64,000 nucleotides of DNA from Laetmonice hystrix (GCA_965235115.1 OZ249436.1:3784001-3848000), one strand, 5' to 3'. Positions 1 through 12,650 are shown, counted from the stretch's first letter. Program-made: numbers and translations. The notes: generated by a model not told the origin, from the sequence alone.

Positions 1-224
1 ATGTCCAGGCGGGTTGTATAATGTCAACTTGATGTAAACTGAATTACCTGTAGGTGGAAACAAAAGTGAGGGATACACCATACTTGTGTGCTCTTTTGGT
101 TCAAGAAACGCGTAGAAATCCCATTGCAAACCAAAGTTATGTGGGAATCAATCCTGAGAGCTCACTCCTGAAGTAAGGTGGCTGTTCGTTCGACATTCAT
201 GTATAGGAAAGGTACGAGTGTAAT

Positions 225-335
225 CATGTGGATAATTCAATGTATAATGTGTGATATATAATGTGTGGATAATTCAATGTATAATGTGTGATATATAATG
301 TGTGGATAATTCAATGTATAATATATAATGTGTTG
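225..335. repeat. Short tandem repeat, ~38-bp unit (atgtgtggataattcaatgtataatgtgtgatatata), ~3 copies
   Basis: Direct repeats visible in the sequence. Confidence 0.8.
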
Positions 336-1574
336 ATAAATAATCTGAGGCGGTGACAAGCCTCACTGTATGCCAGAAATCGCGATGATGTTCGAAATCG
401 CGATGATATTCGATTGTTGAATGTTCGACTTCCTGGCGGTCACGCCAACCAATAAGTGTACTTGTTTTAAATATGGACGGCGATCAATAGGTGATATGGT
501 CCATATCCAGCGAATATCCATACTATAGAAATCTGTGGGTAAAATGTCCACACCGCTATCACTACCTATGCTTGTAGTTTGTGTTGTCAAACTTTGACAT
601 GCACAGTTATCCCATCTATCCCTACCTACCATGTATTGATCAGCTAATGCAAGTTCTACAACATGCGTTCGGTTTATCGAAATCATTTGGTCCTTCATTT
701 ATTTACAAATTCAATGTTATTCACCGAAGCGAACATTTTGCCCTGCTGTATACCATTGAATTTGGTAGTTAAATACCAGAGTTCAGAACATGTGGTCCTT
801 GGCTCTGCGACCTTAACGTGAGATATAGCTGGACGTCTCCAGGTTTATCTCTGGCTAGCACTAGAAATCTTCCCTACCTGTCGACGATGGCACATACTGC
901 AAAGAAAAGAATACTTATATAACACCTACCACATGCAGACATAATGAATTAGTTGAGGGTAATCCTCCCAAATATTCCCAATCTGAGAAACCCCGAAAAG
1001 GTCATTGTTTTAAAAAAATACGAGTTATACGAGTTATTGGCATCCCTTGAATACGGAAAGGTCTGAATAGATTAAGGCTATAGAGTCTGCGATTCAAAAG
1101 TTGATTTGAAAGTACTATTTAAAATTGATCTTACTCTCGTAAAAATTAAATACAATTGATAAATTCGGGAGAATGCGCGTGTAGAGGAAAGTACTCACTG
1201 ATCTAGTGTCCTGGTGCCGCCTCACGTAGTCTTGGCCTGGTTGATTGAAGCCTGGTAATTCATGCCACCCGGCATATCAGTTCTCAGGCTAATCAGTTCA
1301 TCAGGCATATCAGTTCATCAGGCATATCGGCTCATGCATATTATCCTATCAGGCTCATCAGGATTTAAATCCATCAGGACATAACACTCCTTCCAGTAAG
1401 TAATCCATGAAAATTTACCTCCCTCCAGTAAGTAATCCATGAAGACGTACGGTATCAAAGTGGACTCATTCCTACTTGAGAGGCTCACTGCGGGAAATGG
1501 CAGAAGTCTCCCCGGAAGATGGCAGCACCATCTTAGGAAATGGTCTCCTCGAAAGAAGTCACTGAGAAGGCCAC

Positions 1575-2546
1575 CTATATAATGGAAATATAGAAACATT
1601 AACATACAATGTTTATATAACGGAAATATAGATACATTAACATACTGGGGATATATGTTTATATAATGGAAGTATAGATACATTAACATACTAGGGATAC
1701 ATGTTTATATAATGGATAATATAGATACAATTAACATACTGAGGATACATGTTTATATAATGGAAATATAGATACATTAACATACTATGGATACATGTTT
1801 ATATAATGGAAATATAGATACATTAACATACTAGGGATACATGTTTATATAATGGATAATATAGATACATTAACATACTATGGATACATGTTTATATAAT
1901 GGATAATATAGATACATTAACATACTAGGGATACATGTTTATATAATGGAAATATAGATACATTAACATACTAGGGATACATGTTTATATAATGGAAATA
2001 TAGATACATTAACATACTAGGGATACATGTTTATATAATGGATAATATAGATACATTAACATACTAGGGATACATGTTTATATAATGGATAATATAGATA
2101 CATTAACATACTAGGGATACATGTTTATATAATGGATAATATAGATACATTAACATACTAGGGATACATGTTTATATAATGGAAATATAGATACATTAAC
2201 ATACTAGGGATACATGTTTATATAATGGATAATATAGATACATTAACATACTAGGGATACATGTTTATATAATGGATAATATAGATACATTAACATACTA
2301 GGGATACATGTTTATATAATGGATAATATAGATACATTAACATACTAGGGATACATGTTTATATAATGGATAATATAGATACATTAACATACTAGGGATA
2401 CATGTTTATATAATGGAAATATAGATACATTAACATACTGGGGATACATGTTTATATAATGGAAATATAGATACATTAACATACTAGGGATACATGTTTA
2501 TATAATGGAAATATAGATACATTAACATACTAGGGATACATGTTTA
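1575..2546. repeat. AT-rich minisatellite, 46-47-bp unit (gatacatgtttatataatgga(t)aatatagatacattaacatactagg), ~21 copies
   Basis: Near-identical tandem units visible directly. Confidence 0.95.
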
Positions 2547-2579
2547 TGGAACATATCCAGGGGTTGGGCTCTATACGGT

Positions 2580-2966
2580 ATCAGGACACTTCCTTCTGGA
2601 CATCTTCCCCCGGACTTCTGCCCCCGAGGACATCTGCCCCGGACTTCTGCCCCCGGACTTCTGACCCCCCCCCCCAGATATTCGCCCCCCGGACATTAGC
2701 CCCGTAGGACTTTTGCCCCCCCCCCCTCCTAGGACATATGCCCCCTAGTGTTAGTGTTATAGGGTTAGTTAGGGTTAGGTGTCCTAGGGGAGCAGAAGTC
2801 CTACGGGGGTTATTGTCCGGGGGGTGGGGGGGTGGGGGGGTGGAAGTCTGGGGGGGGGGGCAGATTTCCTAGGGGGCAGAAGACCTACGGGAGCAAATGT
2901 CCGGGGGTCAGAAATCCGGGGGAAAATGTCTTGAGGGCGGATGTCTGGGGGGCAAATGCCCTAGAC
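2580..2966. mobile_element. Foldback/MITE-like element: C-rich left arm (ggacwtctgcccc motifs), G-rich right arm (ggggcagawgtcc), central tagggttagttagggttagg
   Basis: The two arms are imperfect reverse complements built from short sub-repeats around a TTAGGG-like core; no coding capacity. Confidence 0.6.
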
Positions 2967-4440
2967 GGGACTAGAGCACATGCATGCACACATGTCATGT
3001 CCCGCATGTTTCTATCCATACATTATAAAGGCAACGTTCCGAAACAATCTTACCTGCCATTCCTGACAACGTGATCTTTCAATGTTCGCGGCAACGTTTC
3101 AACTTGCTGAATGACCGTATTCTCGAAATGGCAATCTTTATATAGTTGCGTGCCACGTGACAGAATGCGTCCAGACGAACCAGTCCATGTCAAAGTTCAA
3201 ACGCCTCGATCTTGGTTCTATTTTCGTGACATCCCGTGTCGAGACGCTCGCCCCTTCAAGGACACATTTTGACCAGTTATGTAATGTGTGGTGTGTAGTT
3301 TCGCGACTTGTTCGATGAAATGCCAATATTGGGTCCGTATTTAGCGGGGAAGGGAGTTGACACGAAGGAAACCTGCCTTTTTCAAATAAAAATATGCTCT
3401 TCATGACCTCGGCCTGGCCCTTTGGCTGCGTGCGGCCTCGGGCCGGTGTTAAATTCGTAAAATGTGCCTAGTCCAGAACGCGGGGGTCAGGGGGGGGGGG
3501 AGGGGGTCGGTCGGTCGGTCGGTCGGGGGAACCCCCTTTTGGACGAACCCCTTTCAAAAGTACGACCCTCCTCTTTAAAACTGCAACGTTGATCGTAGAT
3601 CTAGTGCTAGGGCTGCGCACTCAGTTGTTCACATTCGGCCGAATATTCGAGTCGGCCGAATATATCGTCTTCAGTCATGTTCGGCTGATTAAAAGGAACC
3701 AATTGCATCTTATGTTAGAGAAAATCAAACTTTTTCCGATATAGCTACCTACATGTTTACAAATTTATCTCAGACCAGACGCCACAGGAATTACCACGTT
3801 GTGTGATGTTGTTCAACAAACCAGCATTCTTGTTTTCACGGTTAAAATTGTGTACATTCTAGGGGTCAGGGGTGATTAGAATATGTTTTAGTAAATAGCG
3901 AATCTTTCCTTAGAAACACAAGAATATTGTTTATATTGGACAAAAAAAAACTTCAACTCAGTGACTCCCCCCAGAAAAGTGTACCTTGAATTGCTAGGTT
4001 TTGTCAATAATAATAGAATACAAAGTATGACCACTCTAGGGCCCGCCCCCTTACATGCTTGAACACTTTAGGGCCCGTCCCCTTTTCTATTCTTGAACAG
4101 AATGGACGCAGGTTGAAAATCCTTTTTGAAAAATCTTAAACAAATTCAATAGTATCCATACGATATTGAATGTATATCATTATAATCCTAATGAAAAGCC
4201 AGGTTAAGACAATGAATGAAATATAACACATTCGTAGGAAGTTGATCGAGCACGGCATGGTCAGGTACTTTGGCGTCCTCTATCGGAAGGGGCATAAACT
4301 AAAACGGTGGTCGCGGAATTTGGCTCACTATGAACACGGTGGCGACCTCTTACGGAGGGAGTTACTAAGTAGAATGAAGTCACAAGACGTGGGGCTGAAC
4401 GAATTAACGCCATGAGATAAAAAGACAGTGATGTAATTAT

Positions 4441-4675
4441 CCGATTGGGCGAGAACTGCTACCGGCTTCTAATGACTTCACGCCAAATTCGAAAATAGGC
4501 GGCCATGCTGTCAGGGCTATGTAGCGTCTGACACATTTGTCAGGTGTCGACTAGCTCAGAGTGAGCACCCTTTATCGCACCTCACGACCGCCTCTTGCCA
4601 TCAACACTCGCCTCCACTCTGATTCTTTCCCACCATATATTACGGGCACCAGCATTACTTGGAAACAATCATCGT
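4441..4675 (+). promoter_or_regulatory. Putative promoter of the array gene (copy 1, conserved in all copies): inverted CCAAT (ccgattggg 4441-4449), TGACTTCA (4472-4479), TTCGAAA, TATA-like TATATTA (4636-4642), TCAT initiator-like site ~4669
   Basis: Motif matches with TATA-to-initiator spacing of ~30 bp; ATG follows ~55 nt later in good context (acagtcATGG). Confidence 0.55.
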
Positions 4676-4722
4676 TAAGCCTTCAGCTTGCAACAATTCA
4701 CTCAGAATATTTTACTACAGTC

Positions 4723-5043
4723 ATGGCTCCAGTTGATAAACTCATCTCTGAGATGCGCCAGATGGACCGCAAGTTCAAGGTGGCCTGTCAGCAAGTCAAT
4801 CTCCTCAACAACCGTATCAAGGAAATGAAGACCAAACACGACCGTGCCGTCCGCAAGAACCGCCGCTCCTTCCGCTACCACAACCGGCTCCGTCTGGTCA
4901 CCCTGGAGGGGGTGAGGAACATGTTCTGGGAGTACGCCAACAGCCGTGCCGACCTCCTGGACGATATGGAGGACCGCCTCATGGAGGAGTTTCAGGTCGA
5001 CTGGGAGGAGGTGTGCGAGGATGAGGACGACCAGCACCAGTGA
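4723..5043 (+). CDS. Array gene copy 1: 106-aa intronless protein, predicted helical/coiled coil, basic RKNRRSFRY core, acidic C-tail; function unknown
   Basis: ATG in good context and GC3-rich codons contrasting with AT-rich flanks; the GTG-started 54-aa extension in the ORF track runs through the TATA region and is not considered coding. Confidence 0.85.
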   Translation: MAPVDKLISEMRQMDRKFKVACQQVNLLNNRIKEMKTKHDRAVRKNRRSFRYHNRLRLVTLEGVRNMFWEYANSRADLLDDMEDRLMEEFQVDWEEVCEDEDDQHQ

Positions 5044-5073
5044 AGAGAACCATTCTCTCACACAAACCTACAC

Positions 5074-5109
5074 GGCCCTTGTCAGGGCCACACTCTGTCT
5101 CAAAAGAAT
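5074..5109 (+). terminator. Histone-type 3' stem-loop GGCCCT-TGTC-AGGGCC (5074-5089), then ACAC, then purine-rich HDE-like CAAAAGAAT (5101-5109). Intact also at 8777, 11055, 12028, 13002, 13981, 16274, 18570 and 20870
   Basis: 6-bp stem and 4-nt loop matching the metazoan histone consensus GGYYYT-TYTN-ARRRCC-AC except at loop position 2 (G); sits 30 nt after the stop codon. Confidence 0.75.
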
Positions 5110-6132
5110 CGATGATTGTTATTTTGTTTTGACTCCTGTCTTTCATGACTCTTCTCAGCTCCCTTTTAGTTTCCCCAATGAACCATCCTTTGTAATCCAT
5201 GTGGAAACAGAACGAAGTTGTCCGAGAATGATTAAAAAAAAATTCATATCGTGCCTCTATAACAGTACATTAAATGGCATGCCAGTTATATTGCAAGATC
5301 CCTGTACTCCGATATAATTAAATAGGCCTACTTTGAAAAGAAGATAGTAAAAAGTAACCAACTTCGTATCAATTTCTATATTCATGCCTCCCTCTATGTG
5401 TCCCCTTTTCTATTCTTGCACAGTTTCTAGTGCTTTGCCACGCATTGTTGCCTGGCTTTTCTCTTTGCAGGCGGCCTATAGACACTAACACATTAATAAT
5501 GTTCACAAATTCAACAGTATCCATACGATATTGAATCTATATCATATTATAATCCTAATGAAAAGCCAGGTTAAGACAATGAATGAAATATTATCCATTC
5601 GTAGGAAGACAGAGCTGAGCCTTTAGGCGGGTGTAATGCGCTGAGTTGAACGGGCACGGCATGGTCAGGTACTTTGGCGCCCTCTATCAGAAGGGGCGTA
5701 AACTAAAACGGTGGTCGCGGAATTTGGCTCACTATGAACACGGTGGCGACCTCTTACGGAGGGAGTTACTAAGTAGAATGAAGTCACAAGACGTAGGGCT
5801 GAACGAATTAACGCCATGAGATAAAAAGACAGTGATGTAATTATCCGATTGGGCGAGAACTGCTACCTGCTTCTAATGACTTCACGCCAAATTCGAAAAT
5901 AGGCGGCCATGCTGTCAGGGCTACAGCGTCTAACACATTTGTCAGGTGTCAACTGAGTGACTAGCTCAGAGTGAGCACCCTTTATCGCACCTCACGACCG
6001 CCTCTTGCCATCAACACTCACCTCCACACTAATTCTTTCCCACCATATATTACGGGCACCAGCATTACTTGGAAACAACCATCGTTAAGCCTTCAGCTTG
6101 CAACAATTCACTCAGAATATTTTACTACAGTC

Positions 6133-6453
6133 ATGGCTCCAGTTGATAAACTCATCTCTGAGATGCGCCTAATGGACTGCAAGTTCAAGGTGGCCTGTCA
6201 GCAAATCAATCTCCTCAACAAACGTATCAAGGAAATGAAGACCAAATACGACCGTGCCGTCCGCAACAACCGCCGCACCTTCCGCTACCACAACCGCCTC
6301 CGTCTGGTCACCCTGGAGGGAGTGAGGAACATGTTCTGGGAGTACGCCAACAGCCGTGCCGACCTCCTGGACGATATGCAGGACCGCCTCATGGAGGAGT
6401 TTCAGGTGGACTGGGAGGAGGTATGCGAGGATGAGGACGACCAGCACCAGTGA
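6133..6453 (+). CDS. Array gene copy 2 (stem-loop has a mismatch, AGTGCC, at 6484-6499)
   Basis: Intact 106-codon ORF nearly identical to copy 1. Confidence 0.85.
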   Translation: MAPVDKLISEMRLMDCKFKVACQQINLLNKRIKEMKTKYDRAVRNNRRTFRYHNRLRLVTLEGVRNMFWEYANSRADLLDDMQDRLMEEFQVDWEEVCEDEDDQHQ

Positions 6454-6645
6454 AGAAAACCATTCTCTCACACAAACCTACACGGCCCTTGTCAGTGCCA
6501 CACTCTGTCTCAAAAGAATCGATGATTGTTATTTTGTTTTGACTCCTGTCTTTCATGACTCTTCTCAGCTCCCTTTTAGTTCATCCAATGAACTATCCTT
6601 TGTAATCCATGTGGAAACAGAACGAAGTCGTCCGAGAATGATTAA

Positions 6646-7514
6646 AAGAAAAGACCATCGCCAGCCTGTATAGGCCAGGCACACATGCCGTGATATTCTA
6701 AGCAAGTTAAAAAATATTTGAACACAATTGGTGCTCAGATGGTTAAGATATAGGCACTTTAGTGCCGGAGGCTTCTTACAACCTGCTCAGCTGGTTAAGG
6801 CTGCCATTCCTTGGGCTAATCTCAAAGTGCGCATGCTCGCCCTAGGCGAGCATGCGCAGCACGACTGGTCTCCAGTTTGGGAGGAACTGAAAGCTGACGC
6901 ACCTGTTACGTTGATCGATTTGGAAGGCAGCGAACATTGACAGCTTATAAGCAAAATTTGTTAGAACATAGACGAAAACAATCGATAGTGATGAGGAATG
7001 GCTAGGAAAAGCCTACCGATGTCAGGGGACATATCCGGGTAGACACGGATCTGGGCAGCCGTGGGTTTCGGCCGCCTGCATTCGTACCACTTGGATTCGT
7101 GCATGCGTGTGAATGTTGACGGGAGCTTGGCCCCTGAGGCCCGGCTCCACTCTGATTACGACCGCGGGCAATGGCAGTGTCAGCATGGTCAGCACAGACC
7201 TGCTGCGTTTAGTTGTGACTGTGACTGTGACTGTGGGACTGACCCCCGTCGATTTGCCACCCGCCTCGGCTGCCTTTAGCCTAGTATAGCCTAGCAGTGC
7301 AATGCAAAAAATTAGCCCTGGAACGTCACTTCCGGTCAGCCCAATAGCAACAAATGGCTGCGCCGCTGAAGCCAGTGATTTTGACACGGTTGTCATGTTC
7401 AATATATGACTTCTTGGAATAGGGGGACATTTATTTCCAACCACTACTCTGAAAGGTGAGTATATATAGAGGCCTTGCAGCTGTCCAAATGTGATTTTTG
7501 ACTGGTCTTCTCCT
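6646..7514. mobile_element. 869-bp non-autonomous DNA transposon, Kolobok-like. Further copies at 8939-9807, 14143-15011, 16436-17307, 18732-19606 and 21032-21900
   Basis: TTAA on both sides (6642-6645, 7515-7518); imperfect TIR AAGAAAAGACCA / AGGAGAAGACCA (10/12); empty single-TTAA site in unit 1 at 5232-5235. Confidence 0.8.
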
Positions 7515-8425
7515 TTAAAAAAGAATTTCATACCGTGCCTCTATAACAGTAGGCCTACATTAAATGGCATGCCAGTTATATTGCAAGAATTTAGATCCCT
7601 GTACTCCGATATAATTAAATATTTTGAAAAGAAGATAGTAAAAAGTAACCAACTTCGTATCAATTTCTATATTCTTGCCTCCCTCTATGTGCCCCCTTTT
7701 CTATTCTTGGACAGTTTCTAGTGCTTTGCCACGCATTGTTGCCTGGCTTTTCTCTTTGCAGGCGGCCTAGGCTATAGACACAAACACATTAATAATGTTC
7801 ACAAATTCAACAGTATCCATACGATTTTGAATCTATATCATATTATAATCCTAATGAAAAGCAAGGTTAAGACAATGAATGAAATATAACAATTCGTGGG
7901 AAGATAGAGCTGATAGCTTTTAGGCGGGTGTAATGCGCTGAGTTGATCGAGCACGGCATGGTCAGGTACTTTGGCGTCCTCTATCGGAAGGGGCGTAAAC
8001 TTGATGGTCGCGGAATTTGGCTCAATATGAACACGGTGGCGACCTCTTACGGAGGGAGTTACTAAGTAGACTGAAGTCACAAGACGTGGGGCTGAACGAA
8101 TTAACGCCATGAGATAAAAAGACAGTGATGTAATTATCCGATTGGGCGAGAACTGCTACCGGTTTCTAATGACTTCACGCCAAATTCGAAAATAGGCGGC
8201 CATGCTGTCAGGGCTACAGCGTCTAACACATTTGTCAGGTGTCAACTGAGTGACTAGCTCAGAGTGAGCACCCTTTATCGCACCTCACGACCGCCTCTTG
8301 CCATCAACACTCACCTCCACACTGATTCTTTCCCACCATATATTACGGGCACCAGCATTACTTGGAAACAATCATCGTTAAGCCTTCAGCTTGCAACAAT
8401 TCACTCAGAATATTTTACTACAGTC

Positions 8426-8746
8426 ATGGCTCCAGTTGATAAACTCATCTCTGAGATGCGCCAGATGGACTGCAAGTTCAAGGTGGCCTGTCAGCAAATC
8501 AATCTCCTCAACAAACGTATCAAGGAAATGAAGACCAAATACGACCGTGCCGTCTGCAACAACCGCCGCACCTTCCGCTACCACAACCGCCTCCGTCTGG
8601 TCACCCTGGAGGGAGGGAGGAACATGTCCTGGGAGTACGCCAACAGCCGTGCCGACCTCCTGGACGATATGCAGGACCGCCTCATGGAGGAGTTTCAGGT
8701 GGACTGGGAGGAGGTATGCGAGGATGAGGACGACCAGCACCAGTGA
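8426..8746 (+). CDS. Array gene copy 3 (LEGGRNMSWEY variant)
   Basis: Intact ORF with two substitutions in an otherwise invariant motif. Confidence 0.75.
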   Translation: MAPVDKLISEMRQMDCKFKVACQQINLLNKRIKEMKTKYDRAVCNNRRTFRYHNRLRLVTLEGGRNMSWEYANSRADLLDDMQDRLMEEFQVDWEEVCEDEDDQHQ

Positions 8747-10703
8747 AGAGAACCATTCTCTCACACAAACCTACACGGCCCTTGTCAGGGCCACACTCTG
8801 TCTCAAAAGAATCGATGATTGTTATTTTGTTTTGACTCCTGTCTTTCATGACTCTTCTCAGCTCCCTTTTAGTTCCCCCAATGAACCATCCTTTGTAATC
8901 CATGTGGAAACAGAACGAAGTCGTCCGAGAATGATTAAAAGAAAAGACCATCGCCAGTCTGTATAGGCCAGGCACACATGCCGTGATATTCTAAGCAAGT
9001 TAAAAAATATTTGAACACAATTGGTGCTCAGATGGTTAAGATATAGGCACTTTAGTGCCGGAGGCTTCTTACAACCTGCTCAGCTGGTTAAGGCTGCCAT
9101 TCCTTGGGCTAATCTCAAAGTGCGCATGCTCGCCCTAGGCGAGCATGCGCAGCACGACTGCTCTCCAGTTTAGGAGGAACTGAAAGCTGACGCACCTGTT
9201 ACGTTGATCGATTTGGAAGGCAGCGAACATTGACAGCTTATAAGCAAAATTTGTTAGAACATAGACGAAAACCATCGATAGTGATGAGGAATGGCTAGGA
9301 AAAGCCTACCGATGTCAGGGGACATATCCGGGTAGACACGGATCTGGGCAGCCGTGGGTTTCGGCCGCCTGCATTCGTACCACTTGGATTCGTGCATGCG
9401 TGTGAATGTTGACGGGAGCTTGGCCCCTGAGGCCCGGCTCCACTCTGACTACGACCGCGGGCAATGGCAGTGTCAGCATGGTCAGCACAGACCTGCTGCG
9501 TTTAGTTGTGACTGTGACTGTGACTGTGGAACTGACCCCCGTCGATTTGCCACCCGCCTCGGCTGCCTTTAGCCTAGTATAGCCTAGCCGTGCCATGCAA
9601 AAAATTAGCCCTGGAACGTCACTTCCGGTCAGCCCAATAGCAACAAATGGCTGCGCTGCTGAAGCCAGTGATTTTGACACGGTTGTCATGTTCAATATAT
9701 GACTTCTTGGAATAGGGGGACATTTATTTCCAACCACTACTCTGAAAGGTGAGTATATATAGAGGCCTTGCAGCTGTCCAAATGTGATTTTTGACTGGTC
9801 TTCTCCTTTAAAAAAGAATTTCATACCGTGCCTCTATAACAGTAGGCCTACATTAAATGGCATGCCAGTTATATTGCAAGAATTTAGATCCCTGTACTCC
9901 GATATAATTAAATATTTTGAAAAGAAGATAGTAAAAAGTAACCAACTTCGTATCAATTTCTATATTCTTGCCTCCCTCTATGTGCCCCCTTTTCTATTCT
10001 TGGACAGTTTCTAGTGCTTTGCCACGCATTGTTGCCTGGCTTTTCTCTTTGCAGGCGGCCTATAGACACGAACACATTAATAATGTTCACAAATTCAACA
10101 GTATCCATACGATTTTGAATCTATATCATATTATAATCCTAATGAAAAGCAAGGTTAAGACAATGAATGAAATATAACACATTCGTGGGAAGATAGAGCT
10201 GATAGCTTTTAGGCGGGTGTAATGCGCCGAGTTGATCGAGCACGGCATGGTCAGGTACTTTGGCGTCCTCTATCGGAAGGGGCGTAAACCTGATGGTCGC
10301 GGAATTTGGCTCACTATGAACACGGTGGCGACCTCTTACGGAGGGAGTACTAAGTAGACGTAGGGCTGAACGAATTAACGCCATGAGATAAAAAGACAGC
10401 TGGTGATGTAATTATCCGATTGGGCGAGAACTGCTACCGGCTTCTAATGACTTCACGCCAAATTCGAAAATAGGCGGCCATGCTGTCAGGGCTACAGCGT
10501 CTAACACATTTGTCAGGTGTCAACTGAGTGACTAGCTCAGAGTGAGCACCCTTTATCGCACCTCACGACCGCCTCTTGCCATCAACACTCACCTCCACAC
10601 TGATTCTTTCCCACCATATATTACGGGCACCAGCATTACTTGGAAACAATCATCGTTCAGCTTTCAGCTTGCAACAATTCACTCAGAATATTTTACTACA
10701 GTC

Positions 10704-11024
10704 ATGGCTCCAGCTGATAAACTCATCTCTGAGATGCGCCAGATGGACTGCAAGTTCAAGGTGGCCTGTCAGCAAATCAATCTCCTCAACAAACGTATCA
10801 AGGAAATGAATACCAAATACGACCGTGCCGTCTGCAAGAACCGCCGCTCCTTCCGCTACCACAACCGCCTCCGTCTGGTCACCCTGGAGGGAGTGAGGAA
10901 CATGTTCTGGGAGTATGCCAACAGCCGTGCCGACCTCCTGGACGATATCCAGGACCGCCTCATGGAGGAGTTTCAGGTCGACTGGGAGCAGGTGTGCGAG
11001 GGCAATGACGACCAGCACCAGTGA
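10704..11024 (+). CDS. Array gene copy 4 (short unit)
   Basis: Intact 106-codon ORF. Confidence 0.85.
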   Translation: MAPADKLISEMRQMDCKFKVACQQINLLNKRIKEMNTKYDRAVCKNRRSFRYHNRLRLVTLEGVRNMFWEYANSRADLLDDIQDRLMEEFQVDWEQVCEGNDDQHQ

Positions 11025-11676
11025 AGAGAACCATTCTCTCAGACAAACCTACACGGCCCTTGTCAGGGCCACACTCTGTCTCAAAAGAATCGATGATTGT
11101 TATTTTGTTTTGACTCCTGTCTTTCATGACTCTTCTCAGCTCCCTTTTAGTTCCCCCAATGAACCATCCTTTGTATTCCATGCAGTAATGCGGGTGTAAT
11201 GCGCCGAGTTGATCGAGCACGGCATGGTCAGGTACTTTGGCGTCCTCTATCGGAAGGGGCGTAAACTTGATGGTCGCGGAATTTGGCTCACTATGAACAC
11301 GGTGGCGACCTCTTACGGAGGGAGTACTAAGTAGACGTAGGGCTGAACAATTTAACGCCATGAGATAAAAAGACAGTGATGTAATTATCCGATTGGGCGA
11401 GAACTGCTACCGGCTTCTAGTGACTTCACGCCAAATTCGAAAATAGGCGGCCATGCTGGCAGGGCTACAGCGTCTAACACATTTGTCAGGTGTCAACTGA
11501 GCGACTAGCTCAGAGTGAGCACCCTTTATCGCACCTCACGACCGCCTCTTGCCATCAACACTCACCTCCACACTGATTCTTTCCCACCATATATTACGGG
11601 CACCAGGATTACTTGGAAACAATCATCGCTAAGCCTTCAGCTTGCAACATTTCACTCAGAATATTTTACTACAGTC

Positions 11677-11997
11677 ATGGCTCCAGCTGATAAACTCATC
11701 TCTGAGATGCGCCAGATGGACCGCAAGTTCAAGGTGGCCTGTCAGCAAATCAATCTCCTCAACAAACGTATCAAGGAAATGAAAACCAAATACGACCGTG
11801 CCGTCCGCAAGAACCGCCGCTCCTTCCGCTACCACAACCGCCTCCGTCTGGTCACCCTGGAGGGAGTGAGGAACATGTTCTGGGAGTATGCCAACAGCCG
11901 TGCCGACCTCCTGGACGATATCCAGGACCGCCTCATGGAGGAGTTTCAGGTCGACTGGGAGCAGGTGTGCGAGGGCAATGACGACCAGCACCAGTGA
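11677..11997 (+). CDS. Array gene copy 5 (short unit)
   Basis: Intact 106-codon ORF. Confidence 0.85.
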   Translation: MAPADKLISEMRQMDRKFKVACQQINLLNKRIKEMKTKYDRAVRKNRRSFRYHNRLRLVTLEGVRNMFWEYANSRADLLDDIQDRLMEEFQVDWEQVCEGNDDQHQ

Positions 11998-12650
11998 AGA
12001 GAACCATTCTCTCAGACAAACCTACACGGCCCTTGTCAGGGCCACACTCTGTCTCAAAAGAATCGATGATTGTTATTTTGTTTTGACTCCTGTCTTTCAT
12101 GACTCTTCTCAGCTCCCTTTTAGTTCCCCCAATGAACCATCCTTTGTATTCCATGCAGTAATGCGGGTGTAATGCGCCGAGTTGATCGAGCACGGCATGG
12201 TCAGGTACTTTGGCGTCCTCTATCGGAAGGGGCGTAAACTTGATGGTCGCGGAATTTGGCTCACTATGAACACGGTGGCGACCTCTTACGGAGGGAGTAC
12301 TAAGTAGACGTAGGGCTGAACAATTTAACGCCATGAGATAAAAAGACAGTGATGTAATTATCCGATTGGGCGAGAACTGCTACCGGCTTCTAGTGACTTC
12401 ACGCCAAATTCGAAAATAGGCGGCCATGCTGGCAGGGCTACAGCGTCTTAACACATTTGTCAGGTGTCAACTGAGCGACTAGCTCAGAGTGAGCACGCTT
12501 TATCGCACCTCACGACCGCCTCTTGCCATCAACACTCACCTCCACACTGATTCTTTCCCACCATATATTACGGGCACCAGGATTACTTGGAAACAATCAT
12601 CGCTAAGCCTTCAGCTTGCAACATTTCACTCAGAATATTTTACTACAGTC

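Noticed and set aside
363..698. 111-aa minus-strand ORF
   Set aside because: No recognisable motif or consistent exon structure; ends in a short local duplication
2758..2780. Interstitial telomere (TTAGGG-like), also near 57915-58005
   Set aside because: Only 2-3 degenerate units forming the core of foldback elements
4561..4722. 54-aa N-terminal extension (GTG start) giving 160-aa ORFs
   Set aside because: Non-ATG start in a eukaryote, overlaps the TATA/initiator region, and is frameshifted in copy 9
4723..5043. Array gene as a canonical histone
   Set aside because: No recognisable histone-fold or H1 sequence despite the histone-like 3' end
4702..5061. Antisense 100-119-aa ORFs over the array gene
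   Set aside because: Shadow of GC3-rich codon usage on the plus strand; truncated in several copies
7022..7531. 169-aa minus-strand ORF and 70-76-aa ORFs repeated in the long units
   Set aside because: They lie in or cross the edge of the non-autonomous transposon, show no transposase motifs, and are conserved only through recent duplication
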